64,000 bases of DNA, taken from assembly GCA_963977015.1 (NCBI GenBank), contig CAXBMO010000004.1, forward strand, positions 352,001 through 416,000. Reading direction: 5' to 3'. Position numbers and translations under genes: made by a program. Shown here piece by piece: positions 30,701 through 40,504 of this stretch (within the stretch, counting starts at the first letter, position 1; every line of letters begins with the position of its first letter). The stretch comes from an uncultured bacterium. GTDB lineage: Bacteria; Verrucomicrobiota; Verrucomicrobiia; Verrucomicrobiales; DEV007. A model generated the notes under the pieces. That model worked only from the letters and a program-made list of their open reading frames with translations, ran no database searches and was not told the origin of the DNA.

Positions 30701-31603
30701 TCACGCCTCGTTGGCAGCGCGTTCGATCACGCGGGTCGCGACGGTCTGGAGACCGGTGTGCTCAAAGTAGTTCGTCGTCATGTCGAGAAACGCGCCGAGA
30801 TAGTCGAGCTTGTCGTCCGAAACCTCAATGAACTGCTGCAGCTTTCCAACAACGCTTTCCCGTGAGAGCGCTGAATTGCTGGCAAAGTCGCTCAACTTTC
30901 CCGATGCGGCGTCGAAGGCATTTTTCACGAATTCAACCGACCCGAAGCCGGACGGGATAAACCCCTTGATGCGCCGGAACGTGGCGTTCTCTTCCAAGCC
31001 GCCTTCGGTCAATTTCTGAACCTGATCGCCACATTTGTCGATGAAGTCAGGCCCGAGAGGCACCAGCCCGTCAAACGCAACCAAGGCGGCGATCCGAATT
31101 TTTGATTCCTTGCTGTATTCTCCCAACGCCGCCGCAAAATCTCCGATGCCATCTCCGGGAATTCCATTGAGCTTCACATAGGCAAGCAACTCGGAAACCA
31201 ACTTCACCGTCAGGTCGATGGTTTGCGTGGTATCCGCGCTTGGGGTAAGGCGATCGAGAAATTTGAGCAGGCTCATCTTTCCTGCTAACTTGTCGGCCAA
31301 TGCGGCGGTGCCGAACAACTTGTCCGAGCTATCGACACGCTGATAGATTTTGAATGCCTTTTGATAGCCCTCACTCTTGTCCTCATAGATTTCGATCGAC
31401 TTCTTGCGTACATCCGCGAGAAACGATTCATCGGTGTCGTTCGTCACCTTGCGCATCAACTCGTCAAAATCCGTAATGTTCTCCCACTCACCGGGAGCGA
31501 CGAAATCGAGCGCCTTCAACGCGCGAACGGTGATGTTTTTCTCAGGCAGCTTATCGACATAATCGTCGATGCTCTTGTCTTCAAACAGTCCAAAAAAGGC
31601 CAT
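30701..31603 (-). CDS. Conserved helical hypothetical protein
   Basis: 300 aa; ALDFVAPGEW.N, NGIPGD, FDGLVPLGPDF, DYLGAFLDMTTNYFEHTG; co-oriented with the lipoprotein gene. Confidence 0.8.
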   Translation of the reverse strand: MAFFGLFEDKSIDDYVDKLPEKNITVRALKALDFVAPGEWENITDFDELMRKVTNDTDESFLADVRKKSIEIYEDKSEGYQKAFKIYQRVDSSDKLFGTAALADKLAGKMSLLKFLDRLTPSADTTQTIDLTVKLVSELLAYVKLNGIPGDGIGDFAAALGEYSKESKIRIAALVAFDGLVPLGPDFIDKCGDQVQKLTEGGLEENATFRRIKGFIPSGFGSVEFVKNAFDAASGKLSDFASNSALSRESVVGKLQQFIEVSDDKLDYLGAFLDMTTNYFEHTGLQTVATRVIERAANEA

Positions 31604-31633
31604 GGGTTTTGCGCTTAAGGGTTTGGGTAGGAA

Positions 31634-32065
31634 TTAGAATCCGGCCAGGTCGTCGAGCTGGAATCGGAAGAGCCAATCCTTGCGGTCGGATTCTGAAATC
31701 GTTCCGGAAAGGGATCGCACCTGAACCTGGAACCGGTTTCCGACCAGGGCGGCGGTTCCGGAATCACCCCGGGGGATAATCGGGTAACCCGAAACCTGTT
31801 CGGTGGACGCTTTAAATTTCTCAATCGCTTCGGTATCACCATTGAGATCGGAAATTGCAAACGTCGCCATTTCCTCCTCGCCCTTCTTCAAGGTAGCCTG
31901 CGCGAACCCCTTCTTTTCGGTGGTAACCGTGACGGTGAATCCATCGCGATCTGCTGGAAAAATGTCGTTAAACTTGTCCCCTTTGATCACGAGGGGTTCC
32001 CCGCTTCCGCAGGCAATGACGAGCAGCAACAAGGCTGACGACCAGATAAGGAGGTTTCGGTTCAT
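31634..32065 (-). CDS. Hypothetical lipoprotein
   Basis: Lipobox VIAC; EKKGFAQATLK, LVGNRFQVQVRS, WLFRFQL. Confidence 0.8.
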   Translation of the reverse strand: MNRNLLIWSSALLLLVIACGSGEPLVIKGDKFNDIFPADRDGFTVTVTTEKKGFAQATLKKGEEEMATFAISDLNGDTEAIEKFKASTEQVSGYPIIPRGDSGTAALVGNRFQVQVRSLSGTISESDRKDWLFRFQLDDLAGF

Positions 32066-32159
32066 GGCACAACGTCTCTCAATGTTAGGGAAAGAAGACG
32101 CTTAGTGCGACGATTGTCCAATGAAAGTATGAAAGGGCCCTGGCGAAAAAACGGGGGCG

Positions 32160-34544
32160 TTACTCGGATTCCGGTGCCTTCACCGCCGTAACTTCCTCGC
32201 CCTCAAGCAATGCCCCATAGGGATCCTGCCCGACGAGCGGCGGCAAGTTGAGTTTGACCGGCTCAGCCTTTGGTTCATCGATCTTCACCAACGTTACTCC
32301 CGCAATCGGAACGGCCCGGACCGTCGGCTTGACGTCACTCGCGATGACGGCTGCTCTGGAAACCGACTTGGGAAGCGCCACTTTCGCGTGTTCTGCGTTT
32401 TGACATGCCTCGCAGCCTTTTTCACAAATCGTGACATCTTCCAGCCCACTGATCGTCATCAACGGCTCGCCGGAATCGAGGGACTCCGCCAGGGTGGACC
32501 AGAGTTGGAATGCGGTGTCGCGGCTCTTCAACCGGTCGGAAATTCGGGCCGGCAGATCAAAACCGACCCACACTCCCCACGTGAACTGAGAGTTGAAACC
32601 AACAAACCAGTGATCCGTTCCTTCATAAGAGATCCCGGTTTTCCCGGCAATCTCACCACGAACCGGCAACGCCTTCCCGTCCTTTCGGAGCGGCAGGGAC
32701 TTTGCCATGAGGGCATTCATCTGCGCCGCCGTGGCTTCACTGATGACTCGAACTGTCTTGGCGACATTCTGCTCCTCGAACAGGACGTTCCCCTCTTCAT
32801 CGACGATCTTGCGAACCAATCCCGAGCGGCTTGGACGCCATCCCAAATTCGGGAACATGGTGTAAGCGTGAGTCAGTTCCGCCAGATTCACCTCGCTGCT
32901 GCCGAGAAAGGAACTGGGATACTCGCGCAAGGGCGAAACGATCCCGGCGCGCATCGCAATGTCGTGCATCGGCAGGAGCCCGGTCTCAAAACCAAGCCGA
33001 ACCGAGGCGCTGCTTTTCCCGCGCAGGAATGCCCACGCAGCCGGCATCATCCCCTCAAAGTAGTTGGTTTGCGATTCGGAGCACCACTCCCCCAGAATTC
33101 CGGAACGTCCTCCAATCATGACCTCCCGATTGTCGAGCGGCGCGTCGAAAACCAGCGTCTGCGGACTCAGCCTGGGATTCTCAAACGCGGAAGCGTAAAG
33201 CAAGGGAAGAAAGGCGCTTCCCGCAGATCGATTCGACCGCCAGACCCGGTCGTACTCGCTCTCCCGGTGACTGCGGGTTCCCACGGCGGCAACCACTTCG
33301 CCCGTCGCGTTTTGCAAAACGACGACTGCCGCCTGCAGATAGGGAACGCCACTTTCAACCTCGGTCTCTCCCGCGGTAAACTGCGCGCGGGTCGGATGAT
33401 CGTAACTTGGAGCCGCCTCGATCTCGCGAAGCGTCTCTTCAACGGCCGTCTCGACCTGGTGTTGCAACCGGATATCAAGGGACGTCTCGATTTTCAACCC
33501 TTCGAAAGAGTCTCTGATGATGAGTCGATTCGTCTCCCGTCCGATTTGCGCCAGGACATACGGCGAAGCGATGTCCAACTGCTTGAACCGGCGAACTCGC
33601 GTTTCTTTGGCCAACCAGGCTTCGGCATCCGCAGCTTCGAGCAACCCGGACCGCACCATGCGCTGAAGCGTGTCATCTCTCGCCGCCACCGCGCGTTCGT
33701 AATTGCGGAACGGCGACGAAGGATGCGGGCTCTTGATGATTCCGCAGATCATGGCGCATTCGCCGAGATCCAGCTCCGAAACCTCTTTGGCAAAGTATCC
33801 TTCGGCGGCGGCTCCAATTCCCCAGTAACCGCTTCCCAGGTAGATCCGGTTCAGGTAACCGACCAGAATCTCACTTTTGCTGAAGGCCCGCTCGATGCGC
33901 CACGCCAGAAAAATCTCGGTCAGCTTTCGGTCATAGCTTCGCTCCGTCAACGCACAGGCGTTGCGAGCCAACTGCTGGGTGATGGTGCTGGCTCCCTGTC
34001 GAATGCGACGGGAACGCAGGTTCACGATTCCCGCCCGGGCCATGCCCCAGAAATCATAACCTTCATGCTCGTAAAAGCGCTCATCTTCCGTCGCAAGCAA
34101 GGCATCAATCAAATGCGGCGGCACCTGCTCAAGATTGACGATTTTGCGATTCTTCGGAACAATCCGCCCGATCGTCGCCCCGGACCAATCAATGACATCA
34201 GCGCCTCCGCGCACGTGGGCAACCTCTTTCAAATCATAGCGACAGGCCTTCCCGTAATAGATCAATCCCACACTCAAGCCCACCACCAACACAAACCCCG
34301 CCACGCCAAAGATGTACTTGGCACCTTTGCACACTCCTGAGTGCTCCTTGTTGAACAACTCAAACCGCCATGCCCAGAACCGGCTGCGAAGCCGAACCTC
34401 GGACAACACGTCGCGAAACTTCTGCGGAACCACCAAGCGACCAGAAGACTCTGAATTCACATTCGGCCCTTTCGCTCCTCGCCCCGCGTTTTCCGATCGC
34501 TTGGTCGCATCTCCCTCCCATTTGTATTTGTGAGTTTCGCTCAT
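32160..34544 (-). CDS. Class A penicillin-binding protein (GT51 transglycosylase + degenerate transpeptidase)
   Basis: TM anchor; ATEDERFYEHEG, GASTITQQLARN, YLNRIYLG; transpeptidase region reads GSAFLP instead of GSxxKP; AGKTG present. Confidence 0.9.
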   Translation of the reverse strand: MSETHKYKWEGDATKRSENAGRGAKGPNVNSESSGRLVVPQKFRDVLSEVRLRSRFWAWRFELFNKEHSGVCKGAKYIFGVAGFVLVVGLSVGLIYYGKACRYDLKEVAHVRGGADVIDWSGATIGRIVPKNRKIVNLEQVPPHLIDALLATEDERFYEHEGYDFWGMARAGIVNLRSRRIRQGASTITQQLARNACALTERSYDRKLTEIFLAWRIERAFSKSEILVGYLNRIYLGSGYWGIGAAAEGYFAKEVSELDLGECAMICGIIKSPHPSSPFRNYERAVAARDDTLQRMVRSGLLEAADAEAWLAKETRVRRFKQLDIASPYVLAQIGRETNRLIIRDSFEGLKIETSLDIRLQHQVETAVEETLREIEAAPSYDHPTRAQFTAGETEVESGVPYLQAAVVVLQNATGEVVAAVGTRSHRESEYDRVWRSNRSAGSAFLPLLYASAFENPRLSPQTLVFDAPLDNREVMIGGRSGILGEWCSESQTNYFEGMMPAAWAFLRGKSSASVRLGFETGLLPMHDIAMRAGIVSPLREYPSSFLGSSEVNLAELTHAYTMFPNLGWRPSRSGLVRKIVDEEGNVLFEEQNVAKTVRVISEATAAQMNALMAKSLPLRKDGKALPVRGEIAGKTGISYEGTDHWFVGFNSQFTWGVWVGFDLPARISDRLKSRDTAFQLWSTLAESLDSGEPLMTISGLEDVTICEKGCEACQNAEHAKVALPKSVSRAAVIASDVKPTVRAVPIAGVTLVKIDEPKAEPVKLNLPPLVGQDPYGALLEGEEVTAVKAPESE

Positions 34545-34565
34545 CTTCGGTTCAAACGATCAGGA

Positions 34566-36701
34566 TTAACGGCGCGTCCGAAAACGACTCTGTTTGATGA
34601 TGCGAGCCCGAACAACCGGTCGACTGGGACGAGCCTCGATCTGGGGAATGCTTGGGGGAACTTTCTGTGCGCTTACGATGGAAGGGTAACTCGTCACGGT
34701 CACGTTCCGTTTCTTTTTGTCCGGTTTCAGAGCCTCGTTGGCCTGTTTCCGTTCTTCGGCTTCGCGAGACGCCAGTGTATGAGGGGTTGATATGTAGATG
34801 GTATCATTGAGCGGCGCAGCCAGCCGCCCTTTCATGGGGCGTTCGACTCCGTACTTCTTTGGGTTCGCATAAATGGCGCCCAAAAAACGCCGCGCCACAG
34901 GAGCCGCGTTCTTTCCGCCGGAAAGACTCTCGCCCTCTTTGCCCTGAACCAGGACCGCAAATGCAACGTGCGGATTTCGCGAACTGACGAAACCGGTGAA
35001 CCAGGCCAATCGCCGCTCCACCCCATCAACGAACCATTGCGAAGTTCCCGTCTTCCCGTAGACATCCGGATAGCGCAAGGCCGCTCGTCCACCGGTTCCC
35101 GCAGGGTGATTGACGACTCCCCACATCCCTTTCCGCACCAATTCCAAATCGGGTTGCGAGTAGTCCAACGTCCGGAATCGCGAAGCTGCAATCTGCTCCT
35201 GCACCTCTCCCGAAATGGAATCCTGATATTGCAGGACCATTCTCAACTGAGGAACAACCCTGCCGTTCGCCAACCCCGCCATGGCCTGCGCCATCTGCAG
35301 CGGCGAAACGAGAAGTTCGCCCTGCCCGATCGAGAAGTTCGCGATGGCCCGGTTGACGAGATAGCCGCTGGGCACATTCCCCGCTGCACCGGAGCTCAAT
35401 GGCAAGGGCAGCGGCGGAAGCGCACCCAGGCCAAAGTCCTGAGCCACGTTGATCAACGCTTCCGAGCCGGTTTCGATCGCGGCTTGATAGAACCACGTGT
35501 TGCAGGATCGCAACAACGCAAAGCGCACGTCGAGCCGGCCTTCATGGGCGCTGTTCCAATTTCGAAAAATCCGTCCATCCACGTCGAGGCTCGGGGGACA
35601 GGAATAGCGCGTCGACGTTCCCTTCACCGTGCCTCGCTTCATCGCGGCAAGGGCAACCAGCGGCTTGAACGTTGAGCCAGGAGGATACGCACCATCTATC
35701 GCACGACAAAAGAACGGTGCGTCGGGCATATTGTCCCAATTCTCGCCGTAAAACTCTGCGGGACTGTTGGGTGGAACAAACGCGTTGGGATCAAAACTTG
35801 GGTAGGATGCCGCGGCGAGAATGTCTCCCGTGTTCGCATCCACCGCCACCAATGCCCCAGGACGCCCGCTTTCTTTCAGCGCCGTCATCGCCAACTCCTG
35901 CATCGCCAGGCTAAAGCTTGTCACGACCGTTTTCCCCAGTTTGGGACGCGACTCCATCACCTGCTCCACGAGTTCGCCCCGTTCGTCATACAGCAGGCTC
36001 AACCTCCCGTCTTCCCCCCGCAGGATCTCGTCCAAGGCCTTCTCCATTCCCATCTGGCCATCAAACGGCGACCAAATATGCTCCGACGCGGCCATGGGAC
36101 CATACTGCGTGGGCCGGTTCCGCGTGACATAGCCGAGCAAATGCCCAAACGGAAGTCCATGAGGATAGACCCTCGTGTAAACCGCCTGGGATATCAGTTG
36201 ATCGTTCTCCGCGACAATGGCCGCCAATCCGGCCTCCTGGTCCTTCGGCAAAACGCCGGAAATCGGCATGGGAACCCAGCGGCGATATTCCCAATGGTTG
36301 CGAACCTCCTCGTGATCGGGAACCGAGACCGCGGGAAACTGCGATTGCAGCTCGCAGGCCAGCGATTGGGCCTGGACAATGACGGACTCCACGTCCTCGG
36401 AATCCTCGAACGCGAGAAGCTTGAGGGCACAACGGCTCGCGACAACGGAATGCGCCAACACTTCACCCGTCCGGTCACAAATCGTTCCTCGTGGAGCCGG
36501 AACCGTAAAGATATGGGTCTGGAGACCGGAGTCAGAGCGTTTTGGGGCAATGAACCCGTCTTCCCTTGCTTCGACCGGCCACCCACCCATGCCGAAAGCC
36601 CATCCGATTGACAGCAACCAAGCCACCGCCCTGCGCTGCAAGCCGAGATGTTCGACTCGTCGAGGTTTCACGGTTCCGAGGCTGTTTCGTGTTTCCAACA
36701 T
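34566..36701 (-). CDS. Class B penicillin-binding protein (PBP2/MrdA-like)
   Basis: PAPRGTICDRTG, YPPGSTFKP (SxxK), SCNTWF (SxN), GKTGTSQ (KTG); start uncertain. Confidence 0.9.
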   Translation of the reverse strand: MLETRNSLGTVKPRRVEHLGLQRRAVAWLLSIGWAFGMGGWPVEAREDGFIAPKRSDSGLQTHIFTVPAPRGTICDRTGEVLAHSVVASRCALKLLAFEDSEDVESVIVQAQSLACELQSQFPAVSVPDHEEVRNHWEYRRWVPMPISGVLPKDQEAGLAAIVAENDQLISQAVYTRVYPHGLPFGHLLGYVTRNRPTQYGPMAASEHIWSPFDGQMGMEKALDEILRGEDGRLSLLYDERGELVEQVMESRPKLGKTVVTSFSLAMQELAMTALKESGRPGALVAVDANTGDILAAASYPSFDPNAFVPPNSPAEFYGENWDNMPDAPFFCRAIDGAYPPGSTFKPLVALAAMKRGTVKGTSTRYSCPPSLDVDGRIFRNWNSAHEGRLDVRFALLRSCNTWFYQAAIETGSEALINVAQDFGLGALPPLPLPLSSGAAGNVPSGYLVNRAIANFSIGQGELLVSPLQMAQAMAGLANGRVVPQLRMVLQYQDSISGEVQEQIAASRFRTLDYSQPDLELVRKGMWGVVNHPAGTGGRAALRYPDVYGKTGTSQWFVDGVERRLAWFTGFVSSRNPHVAFAVLVQGKEGESLSGGKNAAPVARRFLGAIYANPKKYGVERPMKGRLAAPLNDTIYISTPHTLASREAEERKQANEALKPDKKKRNVTVTSYPSIVSAQKVPPSIPQIEARPSRPVVRARIIKQSRFRTRR

Positions 36702-37104
36702 GGGTGCTAAGCCGCTCTCTATAAGCACGGTAGCAATGGAGTTGCTCAAGCATCTCAGCCAACCCATCCGGGCCAACCTGAGCAAGAAGAGGTTTCCTAG
36801 TTTCTAATATCGCGTTTCCAGGCGAAGCGAGCCTCGTCAATCTTGCACAGGGGCATGCACGAATTGGCAAAAAACTCACTTTTACTACATCTATTACACT
36901 CACCACTTCGTCCACCGTTTCTTTGCCCAAATTCTGGACTCAAAACCGCCCTAACAACGAAAATTCTTTACGATCGTAAAGAATCTAATCGCTTTGTGGC
37001 TCCACTTCTTCCCAGGGACGGTCGATCAGAGTGGCTCAACCCAAAACGCCGCTGAAAGCTTCCTCATCTTTCCTCCGTGTCCTTTCAAACTCACCCCGTT
37101 TTCG

Positions 37105-38550
37105 ATGAGCACCTTTCTTCACCCCCATCCCAATCGCCGAGCCATGATTCGCGCCGGAGGTATCGGGTTGCTCGGACTGGGAAGCAGCCATCTTGGACTG
37201 CTCAATTCCCTGGCGGATGAAGGCGGCCAACCCGCGATTCCGCCCACGGCGAAAAACGTCATCTACATCTTCCTCAGCGGTGGTCTCGCCCAGCACGAGA
37301 GCTTCGACATGAAGCCCAATGCGCCCGCCAATATCCGGGGCGAGTTTCGCGAAATCTCGACCCGAACGCCCGGGCTCCGCATTTGCGAGCATCTCCCGGA
37401 ACTGGCAAAGCGGAGCGAAATGTGGTCGCTCTGTCGCTCGCTGACCCATTCGTCGAACGAACACTCCCACGGTCACCACATCATGTTGACGGGACGCTCC
37501 GACCTTCCTGATGGTTTCGATCCCACCAAGCCCAAGGAGAGCGACTGGCCCTCGATTGCGGCAATCGCAAATCAGGTGGCCCCGGCCCCCAACAATCTGC
37601 CGCCGGCGATCGTGCTTCCAGACAAAATCGTCCACCGCACCGGACGGACGCTCCCGGGCCAATTCGCCGGTCAAATGGGCCCCAGCCGCGATCCCTTCTT
37701 TCTCGAAGCCAGTCGCTACAACGCCGCCAGCTACGGCGCCTACCCCAACTACCTTTTCCACCACGAAACCGGTCAGCAGAACGGTGACCATTTCCGGTTT
37801 GATGCGCCCAGCCTCACCTTGCCGGAGGGAATGGACCTCGAGCGTCTGCGCGATCGCCTCGGGCTCCTCGAACACCTGAATCACCAGCAGGCCGGGCTCG
37901 AGAACATGCTCGAAACCCAGCCGCACGATCGCTACCAATCCATTGCCGCCGACCTCCTCTTCGATGAAAAGAGCAAAGCCGCGTTCGACGTCCACAGCGC
38001 TGATCCCAAACTTCAGGACGCTTACGGTCGCAACGCCTTCGGTTGGTCCCTCCTCCTGTCGCGTCAACTGGTCGAAGCCGGGGTGCGCCTTGTTCAGGTG
38101 AATCTCGGGAACAACGAAACCTGGGACACTCACCAGGCCGCCTTCCCCAATCTCAAGAACTTCCTCCTCCCACCCATGGACCAGGCTGTTTCCGCCTTGT
38201 TGGATGATCTGCAATCCCGCGGGTTGTTGGAAGAGACGCTGGTCGTGATGGCGAGCGAGTTTGGGCGAACGCCCAAGGTCTTTACCCTGGCAGGCAAGAA
38301 GCTTCCCGGCCGCGATCATTGGGGCGCGGTCCAGAGCGTCTTTCTTGCCGGAGGCGGAATTCAGGGCGGTCGAGTCATCGGCTCTTCCGACAAGTTCGGC
38401 GGCTACCCGGCCAGCTCCCCCCAAACGCCGGAGAACTTCGCCGCGACCATTTACCAGGCACTCGGCTTACCCAAATCCGTCAAATGGCACGACCCCATCG
38501 ATCGGCCGCATTTCGTCTATCACGGCGATCCGATTCCGGGACTGACCTGA
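37105..38550 (+). CDS. DUF1501 protein
   Basis: NRRAMIR Tat-like motif; IFLSGGLAQHESFDMKP, WDTH, SEFGRTPK, GRDHW. Confidence 0.92.
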   Translation: MSTFLHPHPNRRAMIRAGGIGLLGLGSSHLGLLNSLADEGGQPAIPPTAKNVIYIFLSGGLAQHESFDMKPNAPANIRGEFREISTRTPGLRICEHLPELAKRSEMWSLCRSLTHSSNEHSHGHHIMLTGRSDLPDGFDPTKPKESDWPSIAAIANQVAPAPNNLPPAIVLPDKIVHRTGRTLPGQFAGQMGPSRDPFFLEASRYNAASYGAYPNYLFHHETGQQNGDHFRFDAPSLTLPEGMDLERLRDRLGLLEHLNHQQAGLENMLETQPHDRYQSIAADLLFDEKSKAAFDVHSADPKLQDAYGRNAFGWSLLLSRQLVEAGVRLVQVNLGNNETWDTHQAAFPNLKNFLLPPMDQAVSALLDDLQSRGLLEETLVVMASEFGRTPKVFTLAGKKLPGRDHWGAVQSVFLAGGGIQGGRVIGSSDKFGGYPASSPQTPENFAATIYQALGLPKSVKWHDPIDRPHFVYHGDPIPGLT

Positions 38551-38647
38551 CTCTCTTGTCCGCGACACAACGGTTCTGCGTTTGGCCCAACCCACTGGGA
38601 AGAAAAGATGGCCGCGTAGTAGCTGCCCTCTTCCCCGCCAGAATCAC

Positions 38648-39382
38648 TCATAATTCTTTGATCCGGACATTGCGAAACTGCACCAAGCTGGAAGCGCCAC
38701 TCCAAGTGTCCTTCGCCGCGTGATAACCTCCATGATGCTGCAACGCGATGGGACCACTTTCCGGCACTCCCGGCAAGTGAGCCTTCTCGATCACAGTCTG
38801 ATCGTTCAACACCACCGTGAGGCGATCGCCCTTCACCGTAATCACAAACGTGTTCCACTCGCCGACAGGCTTGTCCGCATTGACTTTGGGAGTCACGCCA
38901 GCCCTCACCTCGGCGCTCTGTTTGCCATCATTGCGATAACCATACACCTCACCGGAGCCAATCGGCCAACACCAGATGTTCACTTGCGCCTTCGGGAAGC
39001 CACGCGTCAGGATTCCGGAGTCGGCTCCGGGCTGCGGATTCACGATGCGCTTCCCGTCCTCACCCAACTTATACGAACCATCGGGCAGAATCACCGGAAC
39101 TTGGTAGATCCCTTTCTTCTCCTTGATTCGCCACTCCACATGCAGCGTAAAATCGCCATAAGCCTTCTCCGTCCAGAGATTCTTGTCGCCTTTGATCGCG
39201 GCATCCGGCTGACAATCGATCACCCCATCTTTCACCGACCAAATTCCTTCAGCGCCCTCCGCCTTCACAATCCAACCGCTCAGATCCTCGCCATTGAACA
39301 ACGACGTCCAACCCTCCCCTGCTTGAGCAAGGGTCGCCAAAGAAAACAAGAAAGGAACTGCAACGATGAAGGGATTTTTCAT
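38648..39382 (-). CDS. DUF1080 protein
   Basis: WTSLFNGEDLSGW, DSGILTRG, GEWNTF, GPIALQHHG, FRNVRIKEL. Confidence 0.9.
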   Translation of the reverse strand: MKNPFIVAVPFLFSLATLAQAGEGWTSLFNGEDLSGWIVKAEGAEGIWSVKDGVIDCQPDAAIKGDKNLWTEKAYGDFTLHVEWRIKEKKGIYQVPVILPDGSYKLGEDGKRIVNPQPGADSGILTRGFPKAQVNIWCWPIGSGEVYGYRNDGKQSAEVRAGVTPKVNADKPVGEWNTFVITVKGDRLTVVLNDQTVIEKAHLPGVPESGPIALQHHGGYHAAKDTWSGASSLVQFRNVRIKEL

Positions 39383-39418
39383 CCTGAAACAGGGACTCCC
39401 CTGCCCGGCTCGTCAAGT

Positions 39419-40504
39419 TCATGAATCGGCTTCCGATGACGAGGTCATGATCTTGGCGACATACGGTGAGGTCATCGCTCGAAGCAGGGCGCTGTAGTCG
39501 AGCTGAAAGGGAATCTCGGCGCCAACGGTCAGGGCTTCATGACCGCGGACCGAATTCACAATCAGGTGATCACTGCTGGCGGCCACGATCTCGATGCCGG
39601 GTGGCGCCTTGAGGCCGGCCGGATCAATGTCCTGACGCCCGATCGCGAGAATCGATTGGGACATGAGTCCGCCATCAGGTCTCGGTTTCACGACGCCAAA
39701 CGCGGACTGCGCCACCTCGCCCCAGGGTTTGGAAGGCTTGATCTTCGACTCGATCACTTCGGCAAACAAGGTGATCGCATCGGTATGCAACCCCTTGATT
39801 GGTTGCCGGTGAAGAGGCTCACACCCGAGCAGCATCGCTTCGCCCAATCGGAGATTATTGATGCGCCCGGTGTCGGCTCCGCCCAGCGCCCAATCAAGGT
39901 TGGCGGAGTTTCCGCCGGAGACGATGCTGACAATCCCGCCAAAGGTGGCGTCGACCGAATCCGCCAAGGCGGAGAGATCGCCCATGTTCTTCGTGTCGGG
40001 TGAGACTCCGCTGCGGCAAGCGAGGTTCGTCCCGATCCCCTTGAACGCGATGTTCGGGAGGCACAACGCTTCGCGCACCGATTCCTCCAGGAGGTCGGGC
40101 ATGATGCCTTCGCGGAGGTCTCCCAATTCGATCATGAGCACGACCCCATGCATGACATTCATCTCTTGAGCGGCGGAAGACAGCTTGCGGATGACGGCCA
40201 ATTCCGTGTTGAAGCTGACATCGGCAAGCGCAACGACCTTCTCTGCCTGACTCGCCATCGGCGTGCGGATGAGCGTCATCGATGCCGAAACGTAAGCGTT
40301 GCGCATCGATTCGATGTTCTCAACGCGGGAGTCACCAAGACCGGCTACACCAGCCCGAAGCCACACGTTTGCAATCTCTGGTAGACCCAGTGTCGACTTC
40401 GTTACGCCGGTGACGGAGATCCCACGCTGGCCGAGCCGTTGGACCAGGGTGAGAGCATTGTGATGGAGTTTTTCGAGATCGATCTGTAACCGCGGTGCGG
40501 TCAT
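39419..40504 (-). CDS. PLP-dependent alanine/ornithine racemase-family protein
   Basis: IDLEKLHHN, TGVTK (PLP Lys), GDSRVEN, ELGDLREG, GTNLAC, SGGNSA, LRLGEA, ASSDHL. Confidence 0.88.
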   Translation of the reverse strand: MTAPRLQIDLEKLHHNALTLVQRLGQRGISVTGVTKSTLGLPEIANVWLRAGVAGLGDSRVENIESMRNAYVSASMTLIRTPMASQAEKVVALADVSFNTELAVIRKLSSAAQEMNVMHGVVLMIELGDLREGIMPDLLEESVREALCLPNIAFKGIGTNLACRSGVSPDTKNMGDLSALADSVDATFGGIVSIVSGGNSANLDWALGGADTGRINNLRLGEAMLLGCEPLHRQPIKGLHTDAITLFAEVIESKIKPSKPWGEVAQSAFGVVKPRPDGGLMSQSILAIGRQDIDPAGLKAPPGIEIVAASSDHLIVNSVRGHEALTVGAEIPFQLDYSALLRAMTSPYVAKIMTSSSEADS

